64,000 nucleotides of DNA, from assembly GCA_024679065.1 (NCBI GenBank), contig JAGIQG010000005.1, positions 92,008,001 to 92,072,000 of the forward strand, written 5' to 3'. A model generated the notes under the pieces. It saw nothing but the letters and a program-made list of their open reading frames with translations. It was not told where the DNA came from and made no database searches. This document shows, piece by piece, positions 39,741-52,957 of this stretch. The position numbers and the translations under genes are program-made. Source of the stretch: Sphyrna mokarran (lineage: Eukaryota). Numbering within the stretch: position 1 is the first letter of the stretch; each line of letters opens with the position of its first letter.

Positions 39741-42164
39741 GAATTTTATATTAAATTTTGATAGTGAAAGTGACATTGGGCAAAGTGCACCTCAACTACT
39801 AAACCAGGTCATCACAAAATAACTGATGCCTCAGATTACAATTCTGATGGGAAATTTTTGAGATTGCCAGAAACTAAAGCCAATGTATCATCACTAGATG
39901 TTATTTTCAGAGCCCTCTCCTCCAGCAAGATGTATGGAACACTTGTACAAGTGAGGCACTGCAACATTCAGCCAAAAACTATTTGGATATTGTACCTATG
40001 GCAAATTAGGTTTTTGCTTGAGTTGTCCCCAGCGTAACTTAGAAAGAAAAACACAATTTCTATGATACTAGATTCAGCACGTATGGGATTAACACCCAAG
40101 TGTATACACATTTCAGGTTGATGAACCAGCCACTGGGTAAGAATTGGTCTAGCTATGACAGCATTCTACTTGGAGGGGCAACAATTTCAAACATAACAGA
40201 GCCCTTGTATCAACTGAGGACCCATTTAGTTAATATGTTTTACACACATTGCATAATTTTTGGTAGAGGCCAGGAAGTCTACTACATTTGAGGTTACTCA
40301 GTTCTCACTCCTGGGAGACAACTGGCTGATCCTCTACATCACGTTTAGGGCAGTGAGGCAGTCTATGGACTAAAATATGTAAACTGCGCACAGTTCAATC
40401 GTGTTACACTAACATTATTCAGAAGCTGCACATCTGTAAAACCCAATTTCTACCTTCCACTGAAGCAAAGTTCTTTTGGCATCATATTTCAGAAGTTGCA
40501 ATAGATATTCAAATTTGATTTCAAGGTCATGCCACTGTTTAAATATTGTTGAAATACATACATTCCAGATCATGGAACACAAGCTTCCCCAATGGACAAA
40601 AAAAAACACTACGATCCCAGCATGTGATCAGTGCTAAAGAAGCTTCAGAAGTTCACATACCACAAGTGTATTTTAATTTTTTTTTTAAATCGCAAGACTT
40701 ACCAAGTTCAACCACCAATCAGGGATAACTCGATTGTTATTTCAGCCAAACTCTCAAAAAGGATTTCTTAAAAGATCATGAAATACTGCAATTATGGACA
40801 GATGAGGAGTTGTAATTCTTTATTTAAGTAAACTGCATTATTGCGCTTTCAAAATGCTTTCCAACTTTCAAGACCTCAGGAAAGAATTTTCCTAAATGAA
40901 CTAGGCAAGGGCATCCAAACCTTTTCAGGATCTTTACACAAATGAAGTTTCCAGCTGGTGACTGAGGTGGAAACTTAAAAACAGTGCAGGGAAGCAGCAA
41001 CACTAACTTCTTCAGCTAGCAGCAGGAGCTTGGGGACACCCCCCTCCCCACCCCACGAGTGATGCAAAGTTCCACCTGCCCTTCTGAAAGCCCAGCTTTC
41101 AAAGCGGAGATAAGGCTTCGTAGAATGGCATCAGCTAGAATTCCCATTGCTCCCACTTCTTATACGCCAAAGCCACCAAGCATCAAGAAGATTTTGAGTG
41201 TCCAATTCATTGGAATGGCAGGTATGGAGCTGGCAGAAGTTTTGCTGGAATGTTTCAGAAGATGGCAAGCTGCCAAAATTACTTTTAGTCATTTGGCCTA
41301 CAAGCCTGCATCTCTCAGCCTTCCCAAATGCTTGAGATGAGCCAATACTGTTATAGGCACTCAATATCTATGTAAATAACCTGACTCTAGAAGTATCAGA
41401 CTCTGGTACCCAGTTAATCGAAAATTATGAGAGTAGAGTAGTATTACAGATACTCAAAACACGGTGAGTTAACAAGAAACTCAGCTCCAGGCAGCAAACA
41501 GCTTCTGACACTGGTTTTATCAGGAGTTTACATTTTAGACCAACAAGGAAATTTGTAATGCAATGAGTGTATTTGGGTAATATAAATCACCCACTCATCT
41601 GCACTTAAAGCGCCTTCAGTGAAACCAACAGATACAAACTGATCACACCGGAGGTCAGCTGATTTGCAGCGGTTGAGAAAAGCAACAGAAATAACAAGAA
41701 CATTGGACAAAGGTGACGTGATTTAAAAAACCCCACACAACAAAATATTTTAAAATTTATTAAGCTCTTTTCATAGTGACTGACGAGTACTTTTCAAATG
41801 TAGTCACTGTTACAAAAGAAATGAGGCAATCAATTTGCATACAGCAAGCTCACACAAACTGCAATGTGTGAATGAATGGTAAAAATCAGCAGATTAAAAA
41901 TTTAAAAACATGACTTATTCAGTAGTTCTTGAACATCACAAATTGAAAAGACATTGAATATGTGCTGTGCATCTTCCCAAGTGTGTTGTTTAGCCACACA
42001 GGAACAGTGTGTATGCTTACCATGCAGTAACCATTCATATCCCCTTGTATCTCTCCAACCATCCCGAGAGTAGAGCTGAATCCATACTCATTGACTGAAC
42101 AATTTACACCTCTTGGTCACAAAAATAAAATCTACTAATTTAGAAGAAATTGGAGCACTCAGTT

Positions 42165-44800
42165 AGTTGTGCAATTCACAATTTATTTACTGAAGGAGAA
42201 GATTAGGACAAAACATCAAACCAAATACAATAAACACCAGAGGCAGTAAAACCCACCATGCAGTCTCCTCTGTTCCCCTTCCACTTTAGATTGAAACAAA
42301 GACAAGTAGTCCTTCTCAACATAGCACCATCCACCAGAGTGAAAAAAATTCACTCCCTTTTTTGTGATTAATTTGAAAAATGTTAAATTAACACTTGGCA
42401 GGTCAGCTGCAGCTTTCCCCCCCCCACCCCCCATCCCCAATGAGAACTTTAATTAGCGATTCTCTTCTGTGTTTTTAATTGGCATATACAAGCTCTCCTG
42501 AAATGCAGGCAATAGCATCCATAAGCCAAGTAGGTCAAGTAGCTGTACGTACATGCAACATACTATAAAAGCACAAATTCAAGTTAACAGATACGTACTA
42601 CAGAGTCCACGTATACCTACCCAAGAACATGACCATTTCACAGAACTGGTACAGGCAGTAATCAAACAACCAAGGTACTGGAGACAACACAGGAAAAAAG
42701 TATGCAAGGTAAGAAAGTTCTAATATATAGCAAATTGGAAGCAGAAAAGTAATTTGACAAGCTAAAATTAAAAAAAAAATCTACAATCTATCCAGGGTTT
42801 GAAATACACACTGCAGATGTGACTGTGCTCAAAATTTACAAACATATGTCCATAAAATGTGCTTGCATTGGATATAATTCTTTGTTAAAAAAGGTCATAT
42901 TTATACTTTACTTTCACAATACTTTAATCATAAGCAATAAAGCAGAGTAAATTACTTAACTGTCAAACGTTATTCCAATTCTTTTTCTGAATTGCCCAAC
43001 TTAATTTAAAATCAGGCACATTTATGTACGTACACTTGAAAAGAAGTTGTGTAAATGAACTTATGTTTGTGCATGCAACTGCTTCACACTGAGCTCAATG
43101 CAAAGACAAGTGGATTCCTCACAATCAAGATATTCATGATTAGTCAGTTCCAGGCACCATGTATATTTTTCAGACACAAGGAGGGGTCTGAACCCCTTCA
43201 AGTATCAGGAACAATTTTATTAACAATGGCAATCTATTCTTGTTCATTTCAAGCCATTTAATTTTATTTCAATTTTTTTTCGAAACAACTCTGAATTGTC
43301 AGAATTGATTAAACATTAACTTCAGGATTCAATTTCAGAATTCATTAAATGATGTAGAATCAAACTAGGGAACAGAATATTAGACCACTAACCAGTTAGT
43401 CATTCACTCATGTAATAGCTTAAACTCATTTGTCTTGTGGTATTACTCAATTATAGGTACTCAATACTTGTGCAAGATTTTTTGTTTGACCAAAGTCTTT
43501 GTTGCGTAGTGGAGGTCCTGTGCTTGCAGCAAGGCAAGACAAAAACTTTGATTAAATAAACAGACACTAGTAAGTTTACTTGTTCACCAACTCATGTGTT
43601 CAAAAAGTCTACTTTTAGCTGCCAAAATCAAAGAGCTATGCTGCAGACATGATTGCACAATCTATATCATTGTGACAGCACATATACTTGTTACTGTTTT
43701 AGTAAGTACGCACTCACTTTTTCCAAAGAAAACACCATAAAATTTGATTAGTCTCAGGAGGGCTAGATAAAGATTGTCTCGGACATGATAGCTTAGCTTC
43801 ATTATCATACCTTTACACAGCCAGAAGCAGTTGTGGCCTAGCTGTGGTGGAAGAAAGGACAGAATAAGCAGTGTGAAAAAGTGGGGAAATTTAAAGTATG
43901 TTTTTAACACTGTTGTGGGATATTGAAGTTTAAGATAAACACTACAAAAATTGTATTATTGGATAGGACACTTTTTTCCACTAATGCAATGGTTCCAGTA
44001 GATGTATTTCAAACCCTGAATGTTTACCAATAAGGGCTTCCTTACCAGTGAAGTTACAGCTGACATTTTCATTTCAACAGATCCTACCCAACTGCATTGA
44101 AGTACTGTACACTCAAAAAAAAAGTTTTCCCTCTCGGGGAACTGAGCATCAACATGTTCATTTTCTGACAATATTTAGTTTGCTCAGAAAAAAAATACAC
44201 AAGATAATGAAAATAGCTACATATATAAACACAAGCAGAACTTTTATTTTAGCACCCGCATTTTATGGTCGGTTTTGTGTGCACCTAAATTTTTTTTAAT
44301 GAATCACATTGAATAAAATGTTAAAAACATCAGAAACAAATTTAGGAGACTCTTTACAGAAGGATTGTACATTCCCTGAATAATGAGAGAAGGAAAATAA
44401 TCTAACAGTGCGATGCCAATGTGTTACATTGTGTCGAGGCTAATTAAGTTTCTATTTGTGATTTGCAACCATTATAAAATGAGTGATGAACTGCACAATT
44501 ATGCATGTGTGCAGAATTCAGCGCTCTCCGTGGCTCCATGAGATGAGAAGCTGCAACATTTTACACTGCCTTTTCCTCCCAATCAATCTAACTTAATAGC
44601 AGAACCGCCTGATTAGTTGTGCTACATGTTAACCCTTTAGAAGTCCCACTCTGCTAGTCATTTAAGTCACTATACATCTTCGCCACTTTTGCTACCAAGC
44701 TAGGTCGATTCAAGATACCATTCATCAGTTCAGGAAGGATGCCATGTGGTGGATACCAGCTCTTAATATTTTCTCGACCACATCCAACCCTTGGGTAAAC
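42165..44800 (-). other. Probable TRIB2 3' UTR (~2.6 kb)
   Basis: Transposon-free AU-rich stretch after the stop codon. AATAAA (tttatt on +) at 42182-42187 is followed on the mRNA strand by U/GU-rich sequence; miR-29 8mer at 42322-42329. Alternative AATAAA at 44243, 43263, 43216 and 41756. Confidence 0.55.
42182..42187 (-). terminator. Candidate TRIB2 polyadenylation signal AATAAA
   Basis: mRNA sense reads AAATAAATTGTGAATTGCACAAC, with TTTTATTTTTGTG downstream. Confidence 0.45.
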
Positions 44801-45275
44801 TCAGTTGAAAAATGGATCCAATTCAACATCCATATTCACATCAGGTACCAGCTGATCGATTGCTTCTTTTTCATTAGCACCATATCCGGAACTAGAAGCT
44901 GCAAAATCAGAGGCAAACCAGGGATGGTCCAAGATTTCCCGGGACGTCAGCCTTTCCAAAGGCTCTCGACGCAAAATGCTACGGATAAGGCATTTCGCCC
45001 GTGGGGAAAGAGTTTCTGGAATGTTAAACTGGCCACGCCGAATCTTACTAAAGAGTGAACTTGGTTCCACATCATGGAAGGGGTACCGTCCAACAAGCAT
45101 TGTGTACAGCATTACACCTAGACTCCAAACATCAGCTGCCTTACCAGAGTAGCTGCCATTGGTGTTAAGGATCTCAGGGCTCACGTAAGCTGGGCACCCG
45201 TGCTTGTCAGAGAGAGCATCAACTTCACCATTCAATATGCAAGCATCCTCCAAGCTTTCCAGCTTTACTCGAGTC
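44801..45275 (-). CDS. TRIB2: TRIB2 coding exon 3 (475 nt including TGA)
   Basis: Acceptor tctctcattgcag|GACTCGA restores the frame ([14 protein letters not shown] replacing DFG). Contains [19 protein letters not shown] (MEK-binding) and DQLVPD (COP1-binding); ends LDPFFN-TGA. Exons sum to 273+293+475=1041 nt, i.e. 346 aa. Intron 2 is 7682 bp. Confidence 0.98.
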
Positions 45276-45545
45276 CTGCAATGAGAGAATCAAAAGTAAA
45301 ATCACATAACTTACCAAGCAAATATACTTTAGTGTTTCAAAGAAACAACCCAATATACAAAATACTGCATAAATTAGAAACTGACTTTAATGATCCAGGT
45401 TGGATCATTTTGCTTACTCCATGAATGAGAATAAATCTAGATCCTATATATGATAAATTTGAAATTTCTGCATTTCACATTCACAGAATATATCTACTAG
45501 CTGTCCATTTTTCTAATCTCTTGCTCCGTTATATGTTTTAAAGGT

Positions 45546-45803
45546 TATTTTAGTGTCACAGGTAGGCTTACATTAACACTGCAATGAAGTTACTGTGAAA
45601 ATCCCCTAATCACCACACTCCAGCACCTGTTTGGGCACACTGAGGGAGAATTTAGTATAGCTAATACATCTAACCAGATGTTCCAGAGGAAACTGGAACA
45701 CCTGGAGAAAACCCATGCAGATTCGGCATAACAGTGACCAAGTCCAGAAATCAAATCCATGTCCCTGGCACAGTGAGGCAGCAGTGCTAACCATTGTGCC
45801 ACC
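45546..45803 (-). mobile_element. SINE (alternative-tail subtype) in TRIB2 intron 2
   Basis: Reverse consensus with the taagcctac tail. Confidence 0.88.
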
Positions 45804-45965
45804 TAATAAGGAAGGAAGTGAAATAACTACAGTTACCTTCAATTGTCTAATTGCTGGTTACTAAAAACTGTGTGTAAATATATTTAAGTGAAGAAGCCAT
45901 CTAAAAGTAATATTCCTCTCTGCTAGAAGGAACTTCTATTGTTTGTAAATATTAACTAGAACTAG

Positions 45966-46310
45966 AGTGGCATGGTGGTTCAGTGGTTAGACTGCTGCCT
46001 CACTGTAGCAGGGACCAGAGTTCAATTCTAACCATGGGTGACTGTACGTCTATGTGGAGTTTGCACATTCTCCCTGTGTCTATTTGGGTTTCTTCCGGGT
46101 GCTCAGGTTTCCTCCCACAGTCTAAAAATGTGCAAATTAGGTCGATTAGCCACAGCAAATTGTTCTTTAGTGTTCTAAGATGTATAGGTTCAAGGAACTA
46201 GTGGGTAAACACGTATAATTACAGAGATAGGGCCTGGATATGATGCTCTGTTGGAGAGTTGGTGCAGACTTGATGAGCTGAATGGCCTCTTTCTGCAATG
46301 TAGGAATTCT
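45966..46310 (+). mobile_element. HE1-type SINE in TRIB2 intron 2
   Basis: Forward consensus with CR1-like tail. Confidence 0.9.
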
Positions 46311-46979
46311 AACTGAAACCTTAATTAATTCTTAATGTTTGTAAAGCTATGGGCTTCATTAATGGGACTTCTAGGCATAAAAGGAATGTAACGGAAGTCA
46401 AATAACATTGACGTTCCTATCAGATCCTCACACATTAGACCCCAACATCAAGGCAAATAATTTACTCTTCTTCCCAAAAACAAGCACTTCCTCAGAAACC
46501 GGGCAGAAAGAAGTAGATCAAAACATCTTTCACTACTTGCATGCCACAACCCACAACACAGTTATACTGGCAGGTATAGGAGCAAATCAGCTCTCTCATT
46601 TCTTGCTTATGAATGTCAGAGACAGTGAATATAGCTAGCTGCACAACCAGCTCCAGAGATCAAAAGCAAATTATTAAGATTTTGAGTTAACATTTTAAAA
46701 ACGGTAAGTCATTGGAGATAGACACTGAAATGATAGCATAGTTACACACAAAATTCTGTATTAAATTGATTACCTGCTGCATTCAATCACCTCTGAAGAC
46801 AACACTATCTTTATAGCAAGGACTGTGGAAACTTCAACTCAATACAAACCTAGCTTATAAAATTAACATGCATCAGAATTGATAAAATCATTACTCAAGG
46901 AATAGTGAAATTTCAGTTTCCAATTCAACATTTCCTTCAAAACCCATTTTTAAATGTGCAAGACTTGATGTATAACTTC

Positions 46980-47452
46980 AATAATTTATAGAACTAGACA
47001 ATGCATTCCACATCCTAACCACTTGCTGCATGAAAATTGAGATTTTCCTCATGATTACTGTAAATCTGCTCTCCGATTCCACTAACGGAATCAATTTCTC
47101 CTCATCTTTCCAGGCCCTTCTAGCTAGGAATAGATCTACCAAATTTCCTCGCAACCTTGTTTTCCATGGCAGTCTCCTCCAATCTACGTAACTGAATTTC
47201 CTCATCTCTGAAAACATTCTTGTGAACCTTTCCTGCACCATCTCAAAGGCCTTCACATTTTTCCTGAAGCGTAGTGCCCAGAACTGGATATAATGTACCA
47301 GCCGAGGCCAAACTAGTGTTTTATACAGATTTAATGCAAGTTCCTTGTTTATGCTCCTATTGATAAAGCCCAGAATGCTGTACACTAACTGTGCTCCCAA
47401 TCTGTCCTGCCACCTTTAGTGATTTGTGCACATATAAACTAAGGTCCCCTAC
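46980..47452 (-). mobile_element. CR1 fragment in TRIB2 intron 2
   Basis: ILGFINRSI...LYKTLVWPRLVHYIQFWA...VQERFTRM. Confidence 0.85.
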
Positions 47453-49489
47453 TGCCTGGCAGTGGGGGGAGGGAGGTCCCCAATGCTGGGCAGTCTACAT
47501 GGAAGTTCTCTCTTTACTTCCTCTATTCATGTTTTTGTTTGACCAGAATAATATAAACCAAGATCTCACTATCCTTTTCGTGTTCTTCCTACCACAACAA
47601 ATCACTTCACAAAGCAAATACAAACCATCCAATACACTAAAAAAAATCACTGAAGAACAGTATTCAAATATTCAAAGTAATCTTTCATGCATTTAGGATT
47701 TTCATCTTGATTTGTTTTCATTGCGATACTGTGCATGAGATTATACATGAAATTCAAATCACCAGCTGTCTCAGAATGAGTTCTTTGTTATATCAATTCC
47801 TAGGATATTGCAGTATAGACAGATTTTCTTGTTAACTTCAGGAGCCCAAAGATGGAAATTAAAAACATATATGAACCGAAAGCAAAGCAATTGCCTATCA
47901 TACAAAAAGAGTTAAACACAATACAATATTGTGTTCATACTATGGGCCACAACTTCTCAAACAATGGAATTGCTACAGCATAGGAACAAAATGGGAGCAG
48001 ATTACAGCAGCAATCCACACTGAATGGTCAGACTTCCACATCAATAATAGGCAGCTCTCTGCAAATTCAAAGAATGCCACAAATAAACAAAGCATTATTC
48101 AATTAAATAATTCAAAACACCATGCAACTAAATATAAAAACTGCGACTGCACAACTTGAACAGGAATGTGACAATTTGGCAATTTATTTTGATATTTGAA
48201 CAATTTCCTCCTTGTTGCAACGCTTCATTTGGAAATCATTAAAGCTCAGCTTGTTCAGCTCCTTGGGTAAATGCACATTCAGCATTGGCACATCAATGGA
48301 CTGACTAGTGGGAGTCAGGCCCTTAATGAATTCTGCCTCAGGTTAGAAGTTTTCAGCCATTACATTTTGTTTTCTTACAAAATTACATATTTTATTCATC
48401 GCAACTCCAGTCTCTCAAAGTTCATGTCATAGACATGGAGTACTGCTGCAGGTCCATACAAGAAAATTTTCGCATACAGTCACAAGTCCAACCTCAGGTC
48501 TCAGCTAAATTAACTCAGGAATCCACATCACCTCAATGCCTCGGGGCTAGATTTTAAAAAAAACAAGGGAAAAAGAAATGGTCCCTGATCATTAATTGGG
48601 GAGGCACAGTGTTGGAAAATACGCATCTGTGGGGTCAGTTGTGATATTTCTCATGGTTTTGTCCATCAATCCACACTATTGAGTCTGATACATAAAGAAC
48701 ACCTTATTCAAGTAGTTGAGTCACAAAGTACCAGAAACTGATCAAAATGAGCTATTATATTTGAAGCTAGATGTAAGTTAGCAAACTTAGAGTGGCAATG
48801 AAACTCCAGCAATTAAGAAATGGAACATTCATTTCTGGAGACACAAAACTGTGCAAAACGCAGCCTCAGCTCTCAAGCATTTCAAACAGAAAATTTAATC
48901 TCCGATGTTGCTGCTTAAAAAGGGGATTGACTGAGAATCAGTACAGATATCTATCACACCTCCAGCATATCTAAAACAAATCCCTGAAGGAAGATATGGA
49001 AAATTTGGCAACCTAAATCACTCCAGCTAATGGGAGTAATTTGTTAGCAATAAAAATTCAAAGGAAACTGAGTTGTGCAATTAGCATAGTCCAAAATACG
49101 CACGTACACTTTGAAGTTTAGAGGCACCAAGAAAAACCATCACTGCTTTCAAACAGACTTGCCACCGGAGTCAGAAGGATTAGTTATAGAAATTTGTCAA
49201 ATGGCTTAAAAACCTGTAAATTCCAACCTGTGTTGTTAACTCAAGAGTAATATGGAACTTCATCACTATGGAATACAAACACTTATGGATGGATAATGAT
49301 GCCAGAATTCTGCTGCTGACACATCACATCTATCCCAAACAAGGCAGAAGACATTGGAAGACACTCCATTATCACAGGCTGGCACTACACCACATGAGCA
49401 AACACCTACCAAAAATTCAGCAGCATCTGCATTTGTTGCTTCCAATTAACCAATGCAAATTTAAAAATTTAAATTAAATTAAACTTTTT

Positions 49490-49772
49490 TAATCACAAGT
49501 AGGCTTACATTAACACTGCAATGAAGTTACTGTGAAAATCTCCTAGTCGCCAACTCTGGCATCTGTTCAAGTAAACTGAGTGAGAATTTAGCATGGCCAG
49601 TGCACCTAACCAGCACATCTTTTGGACTGTGGGAGGAAACCAGAACACCTGGAGAAAACCCTTGCTGACACAGGGAGAACGTGCAAACTCCTCAGTGAAA
49701 CAAACCAAGAACTGAACCCAGGTTCCTGGCACTAAGGCAGCAGTGCTAACCCACAGTGCCACCGTGCTACCC
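49490..49772 (-). mobile_element. SINE (alternative-tail subtype) in TRIB2 intron 2
   Basis: Reverse consensus. Confidence 0.88.
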
Positions 49773-51299
49773 AATTGAGGATATTTCAAATAATCAAAAG
49801 TAGCAAGAAAAGAAAATTGCTTACTCAATCTGAACAATGGTATTAAGTTTAGTAAATAATCTAAACTCCGGAAAAAGATGTTGAAAAATTTTCCTGATTT
49901 CATTCAACACTCTAGAGATTCCCATTTTAACCATTTAGGTTCAGTGGCTGGTCTTCCGAAAAACAGAAAGCTTTTGAATAGGCAGCTTATATATTCAAAT
50001 ATATAATTGGGCAGACATTCAAATTAATAACATCTCCCACCAAGATATCACTACTAAAGCTTGCAGATTTGGCAAAGTAAATATGGACTGTACTTTAACT
50101 AGAATGAGAAACATATATGGGAGAGAGCTTTTAAAACTACCGTGAAAGCCAAAGAACTGAGATACATAATTTCACTTCCAGGTATTCCATTTTGCTTATA
50201 TCTGTTTTTTTTTTAAAAATGTAAGCAAATGTAACAGAAAATGAGCTTCTGGTGCCTAAAGCATCATGCAGTTTGAATACTTTTCCTGAAATTTGAGTCT
50301 GATAATACCACTTTTTACATCCAAATGTATTATCTGTACGAGTAGGAAAATCGTTCACCTGTGAATATTCCATTTCTACCACTAGATGCCACAAGCTATT
50401 TATGTAAAGTCTCAGGTGACTTAACAAAACATAGTAGTTGAAATAAAGACTAATTTGTTATGCAAGCAAATGATTAGTTAATTCTCTTGTCTGCAACATA
50501 AGCATTGTCAGCTCACAACAGTAACAAATTTGCAGTTCAAGGTGAAACTGGCATACATACATCCCTTTAAACAAAGAACCAGCACATAAGCAGCTCTGGC
50601 CACCAATTTCCTCTCCCCATGCTTTGCAGGATCAGTGAATATTTAAACACTTGGAGAGATATTAACATATACAGCTGGCCACTTAGGTAATTGTAGTTGC
50701 AGTAAGTTTTTTTTAAATCTACATATTTCATTGCATACTAAGCATTTAGGTAACAAGTTTTCTTTAATTAACCACTGAAAAATTAATGCTAAACAGAAAA
50801 GACACCAACAAAAAGAAAAGCATGTGCACAAATAGAGCAGCTGCAAAATTACACCAGCAAGACTGGATTTTAAAAGCTCATTTTTGTACCTTTTCTGGTT
50901 TAACATGATTATCTTGAATGCTGTCAGATTTGATTTCAATTGAAGCTTTAAATCCTTATTAACTGTAGCAGTCATAATAACTAGAGTGACCTCCTCCCCC
51001 CACCTTCCACATATATAGGCTGAGTCATTCTGACTATCTTGGTTCTTGTCCATACTCAGCTGGCCATGGGGAAGCAGCAAGTGGTAGCTGTCAATATACT
51101 GGAGGTCTGTAATGAGCAGTAGGCACTGGTGCATATAGGTAATACTAAAGATCCCTTGAATTTATGATTTAGTTTTTGTTATTTGCTGTAGCCTCTTTTG
51201 CAAGTGCACCTTTGTCTTAACGACATTGGAGCAACTTTTACTCTTTAAGTTAAGAAAAAAAAAAGCATATGATACGATGAGTGCTCCTGTGGCTTCTAC

Positions 51300-52950
51300 C
51301 AAGGCAGGCTTTAATTGGGCATAGGGAGAAGGCAATAACACCCGCTTATTGCGAAAAACAGCTGTCTAGGTAGGCAGAAGGGAAACTACGTGTTGCCAAC
51401 GCCTTCCCATTTGTTTGTGAATGAGACCGCAGAGCAGCCCGCCGGAAATATGCTCGTGTCGCCATAGAGACTTGGGGAACCTGCTACCAGGGTAAGCCTC
51501 ATCTCAGCAAGACCACAGCTCAAGAGCTGAATGCAAGAAGCAGCTCACACACGCCCAGCAGCAGCTGCACGCTGCGGCTGGAGCAAGAGCAAGGTACCAG
51601 TAACCACGGAAGAGTGTTTTTAAAAACCCAAGACAAAGCCAGGGCCACATTCTGCCCCCATGGCCAGTTGAGAAAGTCCACTTTTTTAAAAAAAAAAGCT
51701 GCCGATCGCAAAATTAAAACAGTCCTTCCAAACTATGCTTCAGTTGCTGAGGGAACTCGTAATTCAAATCGACATTCAAGCTCTTGCGGTTCTACAGCCC
51801 AGTCATTCACTGCACCGCAGACACAGATACCGGGCTACACGTGCCCAAAACACATTGTGGCCAAACACTGCACCCGACTCCTAATTCAGGACATTTATTA
51901 AACGGTGCATTGTTCTTCCCAATATATACACCTGCATTACAACTAGTAGCATACTGCTGTTCGCTTTCAGCCTTATTTTTAGCAACCAAGGACCACTTCC
52001 TAAAGAATAAACTAAGCATCGTTCCTTTGTGCATGGAGAGACTGGGTCCACATTTCTATTGTGCATACTGGGGAGACATCAGAAGTGATTCACTGTGCTG
52101 TTTGACTGTGTAATACTTGACGACTGCTGCTGCAGATTGTTTCAGGTCGCCCCACTTGCATTAACTTCTTTGCACACGGAACGTGCATTCAGTGGAGCAA
52201 AGGGAGCAGGTATCTAGTGACGGCTAGGGGATTATCAATGTGCATGTTTAAATTCGGAATCACACTGCAGTAAGCAACGTGGCTGACGCAGTTAATTCTT
52301 TGAAGTTTTGCACCAAGTGTGTTAGCTACAAGGCAGACTCCCTCCGCTACTGTAATCTGCAAGTTTTTGAGGTTGCACTGCGTGGGAAGAACATTTAGTA
52401 TCTATCTTGTAACAAACAGCCCATCCACGTCAATAAAATCAGTGGTTATGACATCCCCAACGTGATCATTCTGCCTAAACTCCAGTGAGCATTAACAGCT
52501 GAAACTATAACATTATTTCAGATTTTTGTGCAAGAGCGCTGATCAAACAAGCTCAATGTCACTGTGTCTTTACCATTTAAACCCCCACAAGCGTAATCGC
52601 ATCGCAGCCACTAGTACTGTAGGAGGCTTAAAAAGCAGGAGAAACCCACACGTGGGACAAAATTCCCCACGGAAGGGTTAGTAGGAGTTGCTGAAGTTGT
52701 TATTAGACTTCAGCCTCTGAAAATCTTGGTCTAAACAGAAACCAGCAACGTAATAATGAATTACTTTAAATATTTACCAACTGATACAAACGTCATTTGG
52801 AAAGAGAGATCATTGGAGTGTAACAGTTTAAACAGAGTGCAGAAGGTGCCTTGATACTGCTGCATGGGGCGGCCTCGCAGCAATTGTAGGCCACGGCTTA
52901 CACAGAGCTCTGCCTTATACTCGCTGGATTAAAACGGCCACAGACTGCCA
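51300..52950. promoter_or_regulatory. CpG-retaining, repeat-free 5' part of TRIB2 intron 2; candidate enhancer
   Basis: Raised CpG density. Motifs: RFX X-box 51458-51471, ETS ccggaaat ~51442, C/EBP-like attgcgaaa 51348, TCF ctttgaa 52298, CSL cgtgggaa 52381, E-box cacgtg ~52649. Confidence 0.5.
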
Positions 52951-52957
52951 GCCTTAC

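Noticed and set aside
42238-42250. let-7-like site (gaggcagta)
   Set aside because: Mismatch inside the seed; not supportable.
50643-51134. 163-aa minus-strand ORF in intron 2
   Set aside because: No recognisable domain or codon signature; consistent with a chance ORF.
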